Below, piece by piece: positions 63,907-64,000 of a DNA stretch of 64,000 nt. The notes under the pieces were generated by a model that was not told where the DNA came from, did not search any database, and saw only the letters and a list, made by a program, of their open reading frames with translations. The stretch's first letter is position 1. Each line of letters starts with the position of its first letter. The stretch is from Escherichia phage vB_EcoM_PhAPEC2: the sequence record NC_024794.1; one strand, written 5' to 3'. Made by a program: the position numbers and the translations under genes.

Positions 63907-64000
63907 ACTATTTTTCTGAAGCGCCTGAAATATATTTTTCAAGACGTTGTTTCATTAGCGAGCCGTTCTTAGCGATTTCTTCTGGCTTATCGCACATACG
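63907..64000 (-). CDS. 3' end of a gene whose start lies beyond the window
   Basis: open frame running off the right edge, ending ...ISGASEK then TAG. Confidence 0.35.

Noticed and set aside
1-64000. CRISPR arrays, IS elements, integrase or attachment sites
   Set aside because: No direct-repeat/spacer arrays, terminal inverted repeats or recombinase-like ORFs were seen; the window reads as a contiguous lytic-phage early/middle region.

Overview
This window is the rIIA-to-denV segment (the first ~64 kb of the conventional map) of a T4-like (Tevenvirinae) myovirus; almost every gene is on the minus strand, packed with ATGA/TAATG start-stop overlaps. Gene calls rest on motifs read by eye, synteny with T4 and sequences recalled from memory; no search was run. 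The 903-aa DNA polymerase matches my memory of RB69 gp43 almost residue for residue, so this is an RB69-type phage. Recognisable genes: rIIA, topoisomerase 39 (single ORF), dexA, dda, two Mod-type ADP-ribosyltransferases, soc, dCTPase 56, primase 61, spackle-like sp, helicase 41, uvsX, dCMP hydroxymethylase 42, DNA polymerase 43, regA, 62/44/45, 46/47, late sigma 55, nrdG/nrdD, endonuclease VII 49, nrdC, tk, regB, a GrcA-like glycyl-radical protein, an internal protein and denV. Main finding: there are no T4-type alpha- or beta-glucosyltransferase genes. Instead a GT4-like glycosyltransferase sits beside rIIA, and a sugar-nucleotide pathway lies between genes 42 and 43 (KdsD-like arabinose-5-phosphate isomerase, small HAD phosphatase, RmlA-like nucleotidyltransferase fused to an APH-like sugar kinase, and a U32-family-like Fe-S protein of unexplained role). 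I read this as a complete pentose-activation route feeding hydroxymethylcytosine glycosylation (arabinosyl-hmC type). Other points: a 38-aa micro-ORF with a capsid-targeting leader beside the internal protein; early promoters whose spacer is the reverse complement of the downstream Shine-Dalgarno; a duplicated promoter cassette; three tandem paralogs; an ATPase/nucleotidyltransferase-fold module; a macro-like domain and a secreted transglycosylase. No tRNA, CRISPR, intron or homing endonuclease was seen. Small-feature coordinates read from the text may be off by 1-2 nt.
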